Source: an uncultured delta proteobacterium
Lineage (GTDB): Bacteria > Myxococcota_A > UBA9160 > SZUA-336
NCBI GenBank assembly: GCA_963707945.1
Contig: CAVPRM010000002.1
Location: 378,862 to 442,861, forward strand
DNA length: 64,000 nucleotides
Reading direction: 5' to 3'
In this document: positions 44,177-54,700 of the stretch, piece by piece
How positions within the stretch are numbered: the stretch's first letter is position 1
How the letters are laid out: each line of letters opens with the position of its first letter
Program-made: the position numbers and the translations under genes
Notes under the pieces: generated by a model
What the model saw: only the letters and a program-made list of their open reading frames with translations
Told to the model about the DNA's origin: nothing
Databases searched by the model: none

Positions 44177-45091
44177 TTGCCGTCGCTCGGGACGCTGGTG
44201 CGCGCGCTGCGCGCGCCCTCGCTCAGCGCGGGGGCGATGCCGGTGCTGGCAGTGACGGCGCTGGTCGCGTACGAGGGACACCCGGTGAGCGGCGCCGTCT
44301 TCGCGCTCACGCTCCTCGGCATGCTCGCGGCGCAGGGCGCCGTGAACCTGGTGAACGACTTCTTCGACGACGCGTCCGGGCTCGATGCGGACCCCGAGTT
44401 CGAGAAGCTGCCGTTCCCGCTCGGCAGCCGCGTGATCCAGACCGGCGCGCTCACCAAGCGCGGCGTCGCGGTCTTCGCCGCGGCGTGCGGAGCGGTCGCG
44501 GTCGTTTGCGGGCTGGCGCTGAACGCGCTCGCGCCGGGCAACACCGTTCTGTGGATCTGTCTGGTCGCGGCGGTGCTCGGCTACTTCTACACGGCGCCGC
44601 CGCTGCGCATCGCCTACCACGGCGCGGGCGAGCCGGTGACCTTCCTGCTGTTCGGCCCGCTCGCGGGCGCTGGCACCTACTTCGCACAGACTGGCGCGTT
44701 CAGCCCGAGCTGCTGGCTCGTGTCCAGCGTGGTCGGGCTGATGGCGATGGACATCCTGTACATGCACCACTTCCCGCAGCACGACGCCGACAAGCGCCAC
44801 GGCAAGCGCACGCCGGTGGTGCGCCTCGGACCCGCGGGCGCGGGACGGCTGGTGCCGCTCCTGCTCGGGCTTCCCTACCTGGTGGTCGCGTTCGGGCTCG
44901 CGGCGGGGCTCCTGCCGCGCGCGGCGGGACTCTTCTTCCTCTCGCTGCCGTTCGCGCTGCGCGCCTCGCGCACGGCGCTCCGCGAACCGGCCGATGCGCG
45001 GCGCATGACCGGCGCGTTCGCGAACGTGTTCGGGTTCCATTTCGTCGGCGGCGTGCTGCTCGCGCTGGGGCTCTTCTTCTCGCGCGCGTGA
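44177..45091 (+). CDS. UbiA-family aromatic prenyltransferase (MenA-like 1,4-dihydroxy-2-naphthoate polyprenyltransferase type)
   Basis: Polytopic membrane protein with the Asp-rich motif NLVNDFFDDASGLD and a second motif region ...YMHHFPQHDADKRHGKRT. ~305 aa. Confidence 0.75.
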   Translation: MPSLGTLVRALRAPSLSAGAMPVLAVTALVAYEGHPVSGAVFALTLLGMLAAQGAVNLVNDFFDDASGLDADPEFEKLPFPLGSRVIQTGALTKRGVAVFAAACGAVAVVCGLALNALAPGNTVLWICLVAAVLGYFYTAPPLRIAYHGAGEPVTFLLFGPLAGAGTYFAQTGAFSPSCWLVSSVVGLMAMDILYMHHFPQHDADKRHGKRTPVVRLGPAGAGRLVPLLLGLPYLVVAFGLAAGLLPRAAGLFFLSLPFALRASRTALREPADARRMTGAFANVFGFHFVGGVLLALGLFFSRA

Positions 45092-45128
45092 GGACGCCAC
45101 TTCCCGCGGCGACGGGCGCCGTGGCATA

Positions 45129-45737
45129 GTGCGCCTAGATCAGAGGAGGTCTTCCATGCGCCACGGGCTCGTTCGTTCGCGCGCCATCTCGTTCGCGGTC
45201 GCGTCGCTCTGCGCCGGCATCTGGGGCTGTGCAACAGAGCCCGAGAAGCCGCCGTCGGGAATCGTGCGCGAGAACACGGTCAGCTCCACGGCGACCGTGC
45301 AGAAGATCGACCTGGACACCCGCGAGGTCAGCCTCGTGGGCACGGACGGCAAGCCGTTCACGATCAAGTGCGGGCCCGAGGTGCGCAACCTTCCGGAGCT
45401 CCGGGTCGGCGACAAGGTGACGGCGACGTACTACGAGTCAGTCGCCTACGAAGTGCACAAGCCGGGCGCGGTCGAGGCGGGCACGCGCGCCGCGGTCGGC
45501 GCGGCGCGGGCCGAGCCCGGCGAGAGGCCGGGAGCGGTCGCGGCCAACGTCGTGCAGGTCACGGCGACGATCGAGGCGATCGACAAGTCCGTTCCGTCGG
45601 TCACCCTGCGCAAGGCGGACGGGCAGCTCGTCCCGATCAAGGTGCGCGATGCCGCACGCCTCGAGAACGTCGCGGTCGGCGACATGGTCGAGATCACGTT
45701 CACGGAGGCCATGGCGATCTCGGTCACGCAGAAGTAG
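45129..45737 (+). CDS. Hypothetical lipoprotein with two repeated ~70-aa domains
   Basis: Lipobox SLCAGIWGCA. Internal duplication: VQKIDLDTREVSLVGTDGKPFTIK...VGDKVTATY versus ATIEAIDKSVPSVTLRKADGQLVPIK...VGDMVEITF. Confidence 0.5.
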   Translation: MRLDQRRSSMRHGLVRSRAISFAVASLCAGIWGCATEPEKPPSGIVRENTVSSTATVQKIDLDTREVSLVGTDGKPFTIKCGPEVRNLPELRVGDKVTATYYESVAYEVHKPGAVEAGTRAAVGAARAEPGERPGAVAANVVQVTATIEAIDKSVPSVTLRKADGQLVPIKVRDAARLENVAVGDMVEITFTEAMAISVTQK

Positions 45738-45743
45738 CTCCGC

Positions 45744-46643
45744 TCAGAGCTGCTCGCGCGGGCGCAGTGCCTGGAAGAGATCTTCCGCGGCGCCGTTCGC
45801 GGCCATCCGCAGGGCGCGCGCGGAGGCGACCACGTACCACTGCCCGGCCGGCGACTCCGCGAACTCCGCGTAGCGCGCGAGCTCCGCGTCGGAGAGCGGC
45901 TCGAGCACGTACAGGTTCCAGCGCAGCACTTCGTCGGCGGCGCGCGGATAGAGCGCGCTCTCCTCGGCGGCCGCGCGCGCACGCAGATCGCCGAACGCCG
46001 CGCTCTCCGCGCCGGAGAGCGCACCCGAGAACGAGGCGAGCGCGCCGTCCAGCACCGCGCGATTCACCAGCACCGCGCTCCGCGAGGTCAACAGCGCCCG
46101 GTCGAGCCGGCGCACGAGCTCGAGCCGCTCGGCCGGAAAGTCCGCGGGCGCAAAGCGAGCGCTCCAGGCGCGGTAGCGGTCCACGGCCGCGGCGTCGCGT
46201 CGGGTCGCCTGGGCGCGCAGGATCTGCCGGCCCAGCCGGCTGTCGAGGAACGCGAACTGCGCGCGCGCGGCATCCGGATCCCAGTCGTCCGCGAGGCCGG
46301 TCGCCGCGCGGTCGAACAGCCGCTGCGTGGCGTAGGCCCTGCGCACCGCGGCGCGCAGCGCCCCCAGCTCGCGCGGATCGACCCGTTCGCCGAGCGCGTC
46401 GATCAGCCCCTGCACCGCCGGCTGCCAGGCCGCGATCTCGAGCTCGGTCTGGTTGGCGCGCAGCAGCGCGCGCGAGCCGATCGCGGGGTTCGCGACGGCC
46501 TCGTTCAGGTCGGCGGGAAGGTCCACCTTCGGCCCGAAGAGCCAGCTGCAGCCGGCCCCGGCGAGCGCCACCAAGAGCCACGCGGCGACACTGGTGAGGC
46601 GCAGCGCCGCCCTCGCCCGTGCCCGCTGCTCGCCGCGCTTCAT
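45744..46643 (-). CDS. Hypothetical lipoprotein
   Basis: Signal/lipobox VAAWLLVALAGAGCS. 299 aa, helical and Ala/Arg-rich. Confidence 0.45.
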   Translation of the reverse strand: MKRGEQRARARAALRLTSVAAWLLVALAGAGCSWLFGPKVDLPADLNEAVANPAIGSRALLRANQTELEIAAWQPAVQGLIDALGERVDPRELGALRAAVRRAYATQRLFDRAATGLADDWDPDAARAQFAFLDSRLGRQILRAQATRRDAAAVDRYRAWSARFAPADFPAERLELVRRLDRALLTSRSAVLVNRAVLDGALASFSGALSGAESAAFGDLRARAAAEESALYPRAADEVLRWNLYVLEPLSDAELARYAEFAESPAGQWYVVASARALRMAANGAAEDLFQALRPREQL

Positions 46644-46710
46644 GCGGGAATTTTCGGCGTGGCGGGCCGGCTGCTATAACGGGGACCCGCCGCGAGGAGA
46701 GCGATCGAGC

Positions 46711-48574
46711 CATGCGCGAATGCCTGCTCGCGACCGCGCTCGCGGCGCTCGTCTGGAGCGCGAGCGCGCGCGCGCAGGCGCCCGACCCGGCCCAGCCGCC
46801 CGCGCCCGAGGCGCCGGGCCCGACGGTCGGCGCGATCGAGTGGCGCGGGGTGCACGCGCTCGAGTCGAGCGAGCTCGAGGAACGGATCTTCACGCAGGCG
46901 CGGCCGTTCTGGAAGCTCTGGGAGCCGCGTCCGCCCTTCGACCTCACGACCCTCGAGGCCGACATGCAGCGCATCGCGGACACCTACCGCGAGCACGGCT
47001 ACTACGACGCGACCGCGGGCTACCAGCTGGCCTGGAACGAGACGCGCGACGAGGTCACGATCGAGATCGACGTCATCGAAGGCCCGCCGGTGACGCTGGA
47101 GAGCTGGACCATCGACCTGGGCGAGCTGCCGGGCGAGCCCGATCGCTGGCCCAAGCTCCTGCTCGCCGACCTGCCGCTCGAGAAGGGCGCCGTGTTCACG
47201 GTCGCGCTCTACGGCGCCGCCAAGCGCGCGCTCTCGCAGCGCATGTGGGATCTCGGCTTCGCGGACGCGACCGTCACCGGCGGCGGCGAGGTCGACCTCG
47301 CGACCCAGACCGCCCAGATCCACTGGGTCGCGCACCCGGGCCCGCGCGTGCGCATCGGGAAGATCCGGATCGAGGGACACGAGACGGTGGACGAGACCGT
47401 CGTCCGCAACGAGCTCACCATCAAGACCGGCGACCTCTACTCCGACTCCGAGCTGCAGAAGAGCCAGCGGCAGGTCTCCGACCTCGGGCTGTTCCGCTCT
47501 GTCCTGATCGTCGGGCTCCCCTCGGAGGACGTGTCGCGCGGCCCCGACAAGGTCACGCGCCCCATCTCGGTGAAGCTCGAGGAGCGCCCGCTGCACAGCG
47601 TGCGGTTCGGGGTGGGCTTCGGCACCGAGGACAAGTTGCGCGTACAGGGCGGCTGGCTGCACCGGAACATCTTCGGCCGCGCCGACTCGCTCGACGTCCG
47701 GGCGAAGTACTCCTCGATCACCCGCGAGTTCCAGGCCACCCTGCGCGAGCCGCACCTGCCCGACCCGCGCACCACCCTCTGGCTGGACTCGCGGATCCGC
47801 GACGACACGCTTCCCGCCTACGACGCCCTCGGCTTCCTCAACCGGATCGCGGTCGAGCGTCCGCTCCGGCTCGGCTGGAGCGGGCAGATCGGCTACGACG
47901 CCGAGGCGACCAGCGTTCGCAAGGTCGCCGATGAAGCCGCGACGGGGCTGACGCATCCGACGAGCGACTACGTGCTCGGCTACGTGGACCTCGGCCTGCG
48001 GCGCATCACCGCCGACAGCCTCGTCGAGCCGACCCGCGGGACGTGGCTCGAGTCGAGCGTCGAGGTCGCTTCGCGCTACGTCGGCTCGCAGAAGAACTAC
48101 GTGCGCTGGACCCTCGACGGCCGGGGCTTCCTCCCGATCGGACCGACGGTGCTCGCCGGTCGCGCTCTGCTCGGCTCGCTCACGGGGATCAACAAGACCA
48201 ACCAGAGCGAGCTGCCGGTCACGAAGCTGTTCTACTCCGGCGGCAGCGCCATGTCGCGAGGCTACGACTTCCAGCACCTGGGCAGCGACCGCGCGCCGGG
48301 CCGCCCGGTCGGCGGCGAGTGCCTGCTCTCCGGCTCGGTCGAGCTTCGCTTCCCGATCTGGGGAGCGCTCCACGGGGTCGGGTTCGGCGACGCAGGCCAG
48401 CTCGGGACCGGACCGCGTGACTGGCAGCCGGCGAAGCTGCGATACTCCGTCGGCGGCGGGTTGCGCTACGCAACCCCGCTCGGGCCGATCCGGTTCGACG
48501 TCGCGTGGCCCCTCCACGCGCCTTCGGGAGTTTCGAACGTGAGATTCTGGTTCGCGATCGGGCAGGCCTTCTGA
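46711..48574 (+). CDS. tamA: Omp85-family outer-membrane protein TamA (translocation and assembly module subunit A)
   Basis: Signal peptide, POTRA domains, a C-terminal 16-strand barrel ending ...VRFWFAIGQAF (aromatic C-terminus). Immediately followed by tamB. Confidence 0.8.
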
Positions 48575-48575
48575 G

Positions 48576-51500
48576 ATGCGCGTGATACGCACATTCGCGT
48601 ACGCCGTGCTCGCCTGCGCGGGCGCGCTCTTGGTCGCGGTGTTGCTCTCCGCCTGGGGCTTGCTCGAGCTGCAGAACGGCTGGCAGCGCGAGCGCGTGCG
48701 CGCCGCGCTCGAGCGCTATGCGAACCAGGCGCTCGCGGACGCTGGCGTCGACGCGGAGCTGCGCATCGGCGCGCTCGAGGGCCCGCTCTACCCGGACGTC
48801 GTGCTCCGCGACGTGGCGCTCCGGCGCGGCGGCGACACGCCGCTCGCGATCGGCCGCGCGGAGCTGCGGCTCGATCTGCGCCCGCTCTACCGCGAGCGCC
48901 GCCTGGTGATCGAGAAGCTGCGCATCGAAGGACCCTCGCTCGCAGTCGTGCGCGACCCGGAGCGGGGCTGGCCGTGGAAAGGCCTGCTGAAGGAGGAGTC
49001 CGCGGGCGGCGAGCTCCCCGTGTCGGTCGAGATCCGCGAGCTGGAGGTGGTCGCCGGCTCGCTCGAAGCGCGCTGGGTTCAGGCGGACCAGCCGAGCCGC
49101 GTCGCGGGCGGGTTCGCCGCGAGCGCGCGCGACCTCGTCCTGCCGCGCGCCGGGAATCCACCCTGGCCGAGCGGCGCCAAGCTGGCGCTCGCGCTGGGTC
49201 CGGGCAGCGTGGCCGGCCGCGAGCTGCGCGCTGCCGAGCTCGGCCTCGCGCTCGAAGGCTCACAGCTCGCGCTCTCGTCGTCGAAGCTCGACAGCGCCTT
49301 CGGACGCGTGCGAGCGGAAGGCGCGACCGACCTGGCCGGCTGGCTCGACGCGGGCCAGCCCGCCGACGTGGACCTGGCCGCCGAGGTCGAGGCGCTCGAC
49401 CTCTCGGTCTTGCTCGAGCGCCCGGAGCTCGCTGGCCAGCTGACGGGCACGCTCCGCGCGAGCGCCCACCACGTCGCGGGCCGGGACCTCCGCGACGGGC
49501 GAGCCGAGGTCGAGCTCGCCCTGTCCCCATCGCGCTTCGGCGGGCTCGTGCTCGACGGCGGCGACCTGCGCGGCGTGTACGACGCCGGGAAGTGGCGGCT
49601 CGAGCGGGCGCTCCTGCGTTCGAGCGCCGCGAAGCTCGATGCGCGCGGCAGCGGGGATCTGGAGCGGATCGAGAAGCTCGACGCGTCTCTCGAGGTCTCC
49701 AACCTCGCGACCCTGGCCGCGCTCGCGCACGCGAGCGCCGCGGGCAAGGCGCACGCGAAGCTGGCTCTGCGCGGGCCCTGGCGCGCGCCCGAAGGTGCGC
49801 TCGAGCTCGACATGCGCGAGCTGCGCGCAGCGGGGGTCGAGCTCGGCTCGCTGCGCCTGCGTGCGCGCAGCCAGGGGCTGGACCGGTACAGCATCGAGCC
49901 GCTCGTGCTCGATTCGCCGAGGCTGGCGCTGACGGCCGACGGCCCGATCCTGCTGCGGCGCTCGGGCGCCGGCGTGCGTATCGAGCAGGCGCGACTGCGC
50001 CTTGCCAAGGACGAGTCGGTGGCGTTGCGCGGGCAGGTGCTGTCCGGCGGCGCCATGCGCGACCTCGAGGTCGAGGTCGAACGCCTGGCGCTGACCCGGG
50101 TCGCGACGCTCGCGGGGCTGACTACACCGCTCGGTGGCACCGTGCACGGGAAGCTCACCGCGAACGGTGCCCTGCCCCGCCCGGCGCTCGCGGGCGCGCT
50201 CACCTGGGAGACGCCGAAGCTCGGCGAGGTCGAGGCGGAGCGGGTCGTCGTGGAGCTCGCCACCCGCCGCGACGTCCTGTACGCCGACGGGCGCATCGCA
50301 GGGCGCGGGCGCGATCTGCTCACGGCGCACGCCGCGATTCCGTGGACGGTGCGGCGCGACCTCGGTCAGATCCTCCGGCACCCGGAGACGCTGCTGCAGA
50401 TCTCGTCGCCGGACCTGCCGCTCGGCCTGGTCCAGGACCTCGTGCCCGCGCGGGTGAAGAACGTCGAGGGCACGGGGAGCCTGCGGATCGAGATCTACGG
50501 CAGCCCCGGCGAGCCCCGGCTCGACGGCGAGCTCGTGATCTCGAACGCGAGCGCCGACCTGCCCGCGCTGCACGACCACTTCGGCCCGCTCGACGCGCGC
50601 ATCGTCCTGCACCAGGACGGCATCCGGGTCGAGCAATGCGTCCTGCAGAGCGCGCCCGGCGGGAGCGCCCGGCTGTCGGGCGAGATCGCCCTCGTGGATC
50701 TCCAGCCCGCCCGCGCCGACCTGGTGCTCGGCCTGCGCGACTACGCGCTGCGCTATCAGGCGAACCTGCAGACGCGCGTGGCCGGAGACGTGACCGTGGC
50801 CGGTCCGATCGACGCGCTCGACATCCGCGGCGCCCTGGAGCTGCGCGCGCTGCGCTACTCGCTCGCAGGCGGCTCGGACCCGCTGCTCGGCGAGATCACG
50901 GTGCTCGACTCCCGGGTCGCGCCTTCCTCGGCGCCGCCCATCCTGATCGCGAGCACCGACTTCTACGACCGGGCCACCGTGGACATAGCGCTCACGATCA
51001 CCGACGACGCACGCGTGCAGGGCGCCGGCGCGAGCCTGGAGATCGCGGGCGCGCTGCGCGCCGAGAAGCCGGCCGGGAAGCCGCTGGTCCTCTCCGGCGC
51101 GATCGACACCACACGCGGCAGCTACCGCTACCGCGGGCGCATGTTCGTCGTCGAGCAGGCCCGGGTCAACTTCACCGGGCGCACCGACTTCGACCCGACC
51201 CTCGACGTGCGCGCGATGCACCGGGTGCGAAACATCCTGGTGTACGCGCTGGTGACCGGCCGCGCTTCCGCGCCGATCATCCGGCTGACGAGCGACCCGC
51301 CGTATCCCCAGGACGACGTGCTCGCCCTGCTCCTGTTCGGCCGGACCCGCGACGAGCTCGGCCAGCAGCAGGCCGGCGCGCTGCAGACGATGCTGGCCGG
51401 GGGCGCCGGTGCCGCCGCTTTCGAGAAGATCGGCATCGAGATGCCCGTGGACGAGATCGACGTCGAGTACGAAGACACCGGCGAGTCGAGTGTCGGCGTC

Positions 51501-51671
51501 GGCCGCTATCTGACCGAGGACATCTTCGTGCGCTACGGGCAGGGCTTCGGGCCCGAGGCCGAGAGCAACGTCCGGGTCAACTGGCGCTTCCACCCGAACT
51601 GGAGCGTCGAGACCGAGATCACGACCCAGGGCGACTCGTCCGCGGACCTGATCTGGAACTACGACTACTGA
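48576..51671 (+). CDS. tamB: Translocation and assembly module subunit TamB (DUF490 C-terminal domain)
   Basis: 1031 aa, an N-terminal TM anchor, a long beta-rich periplasmic span and the DUF490-type C-terminus ...GRYLTEDIFVRYGQGF...WNYDY. Confidence 0.8.
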   Translation: MRVIRTFAYAVLACAGALLVAVLLSAWGLLELQNGWQRERVRAALERYANQALADAGVDAELRIGALEGPLYPDVVLRDVALRRGGDTPLAIGRAELRLDLRPLYRERRLVIEKLRIEGPSLAVVRDPERGWPWKGLLKEESAGGELPVSVEIRELEVVAGSLEARWVQADQPSRVAGGFAASARDLVLPRAGNPPWPSGAKLALALGPGSVAGRELRAAELGLALEGSQLALSSSKLDSAFGRVRAEGATDLAGWLDAGQPADVDLAAEVEALDLSVLLERPELAGQLTGTLRASAHHVAGRDLRDGRAEVELALSPSRFGGLVLDGGDLRGVYDAGKWRLERALLRSSAAKLDARGSGDLERIEKLDASLEVSNLATLAALAHASAAGKAHAKLALRGPWRAPEGALELDMRELRAAGVELGSLRLRARSQGLDRYSIEPLVLDSPRLALTADGPILLRRSGAGVRIEQARLRLAKDESVALRGQVLSGGAMRDLEVEVERLALTRVATLAGLTTPLGGTVHGKLTANGALPRPALAGALTWETPKLGEVEAERVVVELATRRDVLYADGRIAGRGRDLLTAHAAIPWTVRRDLGQILRHPETLLQISSPDLPLGLVQDLVPARVKNVEGTGSLRIEIYGSPGEPRLDGELVISNASADLPALHDHFGPLDARIVLHQDGIRVEQCVLQSAPGGSARLSGEIALVDLQPARADLVLGLRDYALRYQANLQTRVAGDVTVAGPIDALDIRGALELRALRYSLAGGSDPLLGEITVLDSRVAPSSAPPILIASTDFYDRATVDIALTITDDARVQGAGASLEIAGALRAEKPAGKPLVLSGAIDTTRGSYRYRGRMFVVEQARVNFTGRTDFDPTLDVRAMHRVRNILVYALVTGRASAPIIRLTSDPPYPQDDVLALLLFGRTRDELGQQQAGALQTMLAGGAGAAAFEKIGIEMPVDEIDVEYEDTGESSVGVGRYLTEDIFVRYGQGFGPEAESNVRVNWRFHPNWSVETEITTQGDSSADLIWNYDY

Positions 51672-51690
51672 ACTCCGAGAGGAGACTGCG

Positions 51691-52503
51691 ATGGAGCTGC
51701 GCGACGTACGCTACGAGACGGACGGCCCGCTGGCGCTCGTCACCCTGAACCGGCCGCGCTACCGCAACGCGCAGAGCTGGCGCCTGCTCGACGAGCTCGA
51801 CGTGGCGCTCGACCGCGCGCAGGCCGACCGCGCGATCGCGGCGGTGGTGGTGCGCGGCGAGGGCGAGCACTTCTCGGCCGGCCACGACCTGGGCACCCCC
51901 GAGCAGATCGAGGACTACAAGGCGCGCGGGATCCCGCCGGTCGGCATCGAGGAATACGAGGCCTTCCGCCGCTACAACCTGGACCTGACGCTCAAGTGGC
52001 GGAACCTGCCCAAGCCGACCATCGCCATGGTGCGCGGCTACTGCATCTACGGCGGCTGGATGATCGCTGCGGCGATGGACGTGATCTTCGCCTCGCCAGA
52101 CGCCCGCTTCCTGGCAGGCCAGGTCGAGTACTTCTCGACCCCGTTCGACGTCGGCTTCCGCAAGGCCAAGGAGCTCTTGTTCGAGAGCCGCTTCATCCCC
52201 GCCGAGGAGGCGCGCCAGCTCGGCTTCGTGAACCGCGTGATTCCCGGCGAAGACCTCGAGCGCGAGACGCTCGCCTGGGCGCGCCGCATCGCCGAGCAGG
52301 GTTACGGCACGCTGCGGCTCGCCAAGCTCGCGGTGAACAAGATGCACGATCTGGTCGGCTTCTCGGCTGCGATGGAGGCGGCTTTCTCCGACTATCTCGT
52401 CGCGGCGCGGATGGGCGGTCACCCGCGCAAGCCCATCGAGAAGCGGCGGCTGCCGGGAGTGGACCTGGCGGTGCGCGGAGCGCGCGGCGAGCGCGAGCGC
52501 TAG
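51691..52503 (+). CDS. Enoyl-CoA hydratase/isomerase (crotonase-fold) family protein
   Basis: ...VVVRGEGEHFSAGHDL... oxyanion-hole region, 270 aa. Confidence 0.8.
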   Translation: MELRDVRYETDGPLALVTLNRPRYRNAQSWRLLDELDVALDRAQADRAIAAVVVRGEGEHFSAGHDLGTPEQIEDYKARGIPPVGIEEYEAFRRYNLDLTLKWRNLPKPTIAMVRGYCIYGGWMIAAAMDVIFASPDARFLAGQVEYFSTPFDVGFRKAKELLFESRFIPAEEARQLGFVNRVIPGEDLERETLAWARRIAEQGYGTLRLAKLAVNKMHDLVGFSAAMEAAFSDYLVAARMGGHPRKPIEKRRLPGVDLAVRGARGERER

Positions 52504-53546
52504 CGCTCGCTCCCGTCGCGCTCGAGCCGCGCCGTGTCGCGCAGCTCGCGCGGCGTGCAGCCGAACCAGCGGCGGACGGCGCGGGCGAACGCGCTCACCT
52601 CGGAGAAGCCGGTGAGGTGTGCGGCCTCGGCGATCGAGCTGCGGCGCTGGCGCAGGTGCTCCTGAGCGAGCTCGCGGCGCAGCTGGTCGAGGACCCCGCG
52701 GAAGCTCTGGCCTTCTTCGGCCAGCCGCCGCTGCAGGGTGCGCGCGCTCATGCCGAGCCTGCGCGAGACCTTGCGCACGTCGCCCTCGCCGGAGTCGAGC
52801 AGCGCCGCGAGCGCGCGCCGCGTGTAGGCAACCGCGCCGCCGCCGGGGAGATCCGCGAGCAGGCGCGCCGCGAACGCGTCCGCGGCCTGAGCCATCGTCG
52901 GGTTGGCGTGCACGGAGGGAAGGTCGAGCGTGCCCTTGGCGAACAGGATCTCCGAGTGGGGCGCCTCGAACTTCACCGGGCAGCGCAGCACACGCGCGTA
53001 GTCCTCGACCGGTCCGCGCGGCGCGTGCTCGAAGCTCACCTCGAGCGGCGAGACCTCGCGGTCCGCCACCCAGCGGATGAACGCCAGCACGAGCAGCACC
53101 GAGTACTCCGCGCGGATCGCGCGCTGGTCGCCGATCGGCTCCTCCGTCGCGAGCTCGATGTGCTCGACGCCCTGCTCGTCGCGCAGGTTGAGCCAGGTGC
53201 GCCCGGCCACCAGCCGCTGGTAGCGCGCGACCCGCTCGAGCCCCTCGCCAATGTTGGCGCTGGTCAGCGCGAGATATCCGAATATGTTCACGGCGCGTGG
53301 CCGGACCAATGCACCGGCGTGCAGGCCGATGCACGGATCGCCGGTGCGCTGCGCTGCAGTCACCCAGACACGGTCGAAATTCGCTTGCGGGATGCGCGCA
53401 TCGGGATCTTGCATCGAGGCGGGGTCGATCTCGCACTCGCGCAGGATCGCGTCGCAGTCCGCGCCGAGCTCGTGCAGCGCGTCGGCGAATACCCGCAGCG
53501 AGCTGGCGAGCGCGGTGGGCCCGGCTTCTGCCGCCACGTCCGTCAT
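52500..53546 (-). CDS. AraC-family transcriptional regulator (N-terminal AraC-type ligand-binding domain, C-terminal HTH)
   Basis: C-terminal HTH ...IAEAAHLTGFSEVSAFARAVRRWFGCTPRELR. 348 aa. Confidence 0.8.
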   Translation of the reverse strand: MTDVAAEAGPTALASSLRVFADALHELGADCDAILRECEIDPASMQDPDARIPQANFDRVWVTAAQRTGDPCIGLHAGALVRPRAVNIFGYLALTSANIGEGLERVARYQRLVAGRTWLNLRDEQGVEHIELATEEPIGDQRAIRAEYSVLLVLAFIRWVADREVSPLEVSFEHAPRGPVEDYARVLRCPVKFEAPHSEILFAKGTLDLPSVHANPTMAQAADAFAARLLADLPGGGAVAYTRRALAALLDSGEGDVRKVSRRLGMSARTLQRRLAEEGQSFRGVLDQLRRELAQEHLRQRRSSIAEAAHLTGFSEVSAFARAVRRWFGCTPRELRDTARLERDGSER

Positions 53547-53696
53547 GCCGCCACGCTAGCACGACCGCGCCGCGTCTTGCCCGCAACTTGGCGTTTCTGG
53601 TCAACGGATTGTCCGGGCCGATCAATGCCGTTGGGCTTGCCCGTCCATAGCCTGCCCTGCGCCGGTCGAGGCATCGACGTCAGGCAGGAGGTTTCG

Positions 53697-53909
53697 ATGA
53701 GGATCTGCATGGCCGAAGACGATGGTGGCGAGACCGAGTTGCTGCAGACACTGCACACGGAGTTCGGCGAGCTCCGCGCGCACGTCGACCGCTTGCTCCG
53801 GGCCGCGCTCGACACCGAGCTGCCGGTCGACGAGCGGGCCTGGGCCGTCGCGGCGATCCGCGATCTGGCCCGCTTCGCCACGGCGCTGCAACGCATGCGC
53901 TCGCAGTAG
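53697..53909 (+). CDS. Hypothetical small protein (70 aa), divergent from the AraC regulator
   Basis: ATG after CAGGAGG. Helical, acidic. No homology recognised; could be spurious. Confidence 0.3.
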   Translation: MRICMAEDDGGETELLQTLHTEFGELRAHVDRLLRAALDTELPVDERAWAVAAIRDLARFATALQRMRSQ

Positions 53910-53956
53910 CCCCCGTGCCACACTGCGGGCTCGACACGCGAGAAGGAGCCCGAACT

Positions 53957-54699
53957 TGGCAGGCCTGGTCGAGCGAACCGATTCCGGGAGCGTCGCAGTT
54001 CTGTGTCTCAACCGCCCCGACGTGCTGAACGCCCTGTCGCCCAAGCTGTTCGCCGAGCTGCGCGCGCACGTGGAGCGCCTGGCCGGCGAGACCGAGACGG
54101 TCGGCTGCGTCGTGCTGCGCGGCGCGGGCCGCTCGTTCTCGGCGGGCAACGACCTGCGCGCGATCCAGGCCGGGGAGCGGGCGCCCTCGCCACACTTCCA
54201 GGCCGAGACGCTCGACCTGCTCGAGCGCCTGCCGCAGCCGGTGATCGCGTCCGTCCAGGGACACTGCTACACCGGCGCGCTCGAGCTCGCGCTCGCCTGC
54301 GACCTCCTGGTCGCGGCCGAGTCGGCGCGCTTCGCGGACACCCACGGCAAGTGGGGCATGACCCCGACCTGGGGCATGAGCCAGCGCCTGCCGCGGCGGA
54401 TCGGACCGGTGCGCGCGAAGGAGCTCATGTGGACGGGCCGAGCCGTCTCGGGAGCCGAAGCCGTCGCGCTCGGGCTCGCCAACTACTGCGTTCCCGACGC
54501 CGAGCTCGAGTCGCGCACCCTCGCGCTCGCCGGCGAGATCGCCGCGAACTCCTGGTTCACGCTGCGGGTCGAGAAGCAGCTCTTCCAGGGCGGCGAGCCC
54601 CTCGGCCTCGCCGATGCGCTCGCCTTCGAGCGCGCGAACAGCCCCGGCGCGGGGCCGGACATGCAGGAGCGCCTTCGTTCGTTCCCGCAGCGTCGCTAG
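53957..54699 (+). CDS. Enoyl-CoA hydratase/isomerase family protein (second crotonase)
   Basis: TTG start after AGGAG. LNRPDVLNAL...LRGAGRSFSAGNDL...ALELALACDL. ~247 aa. Confidence 0.75.
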
Positions 54700-54700
54700 C

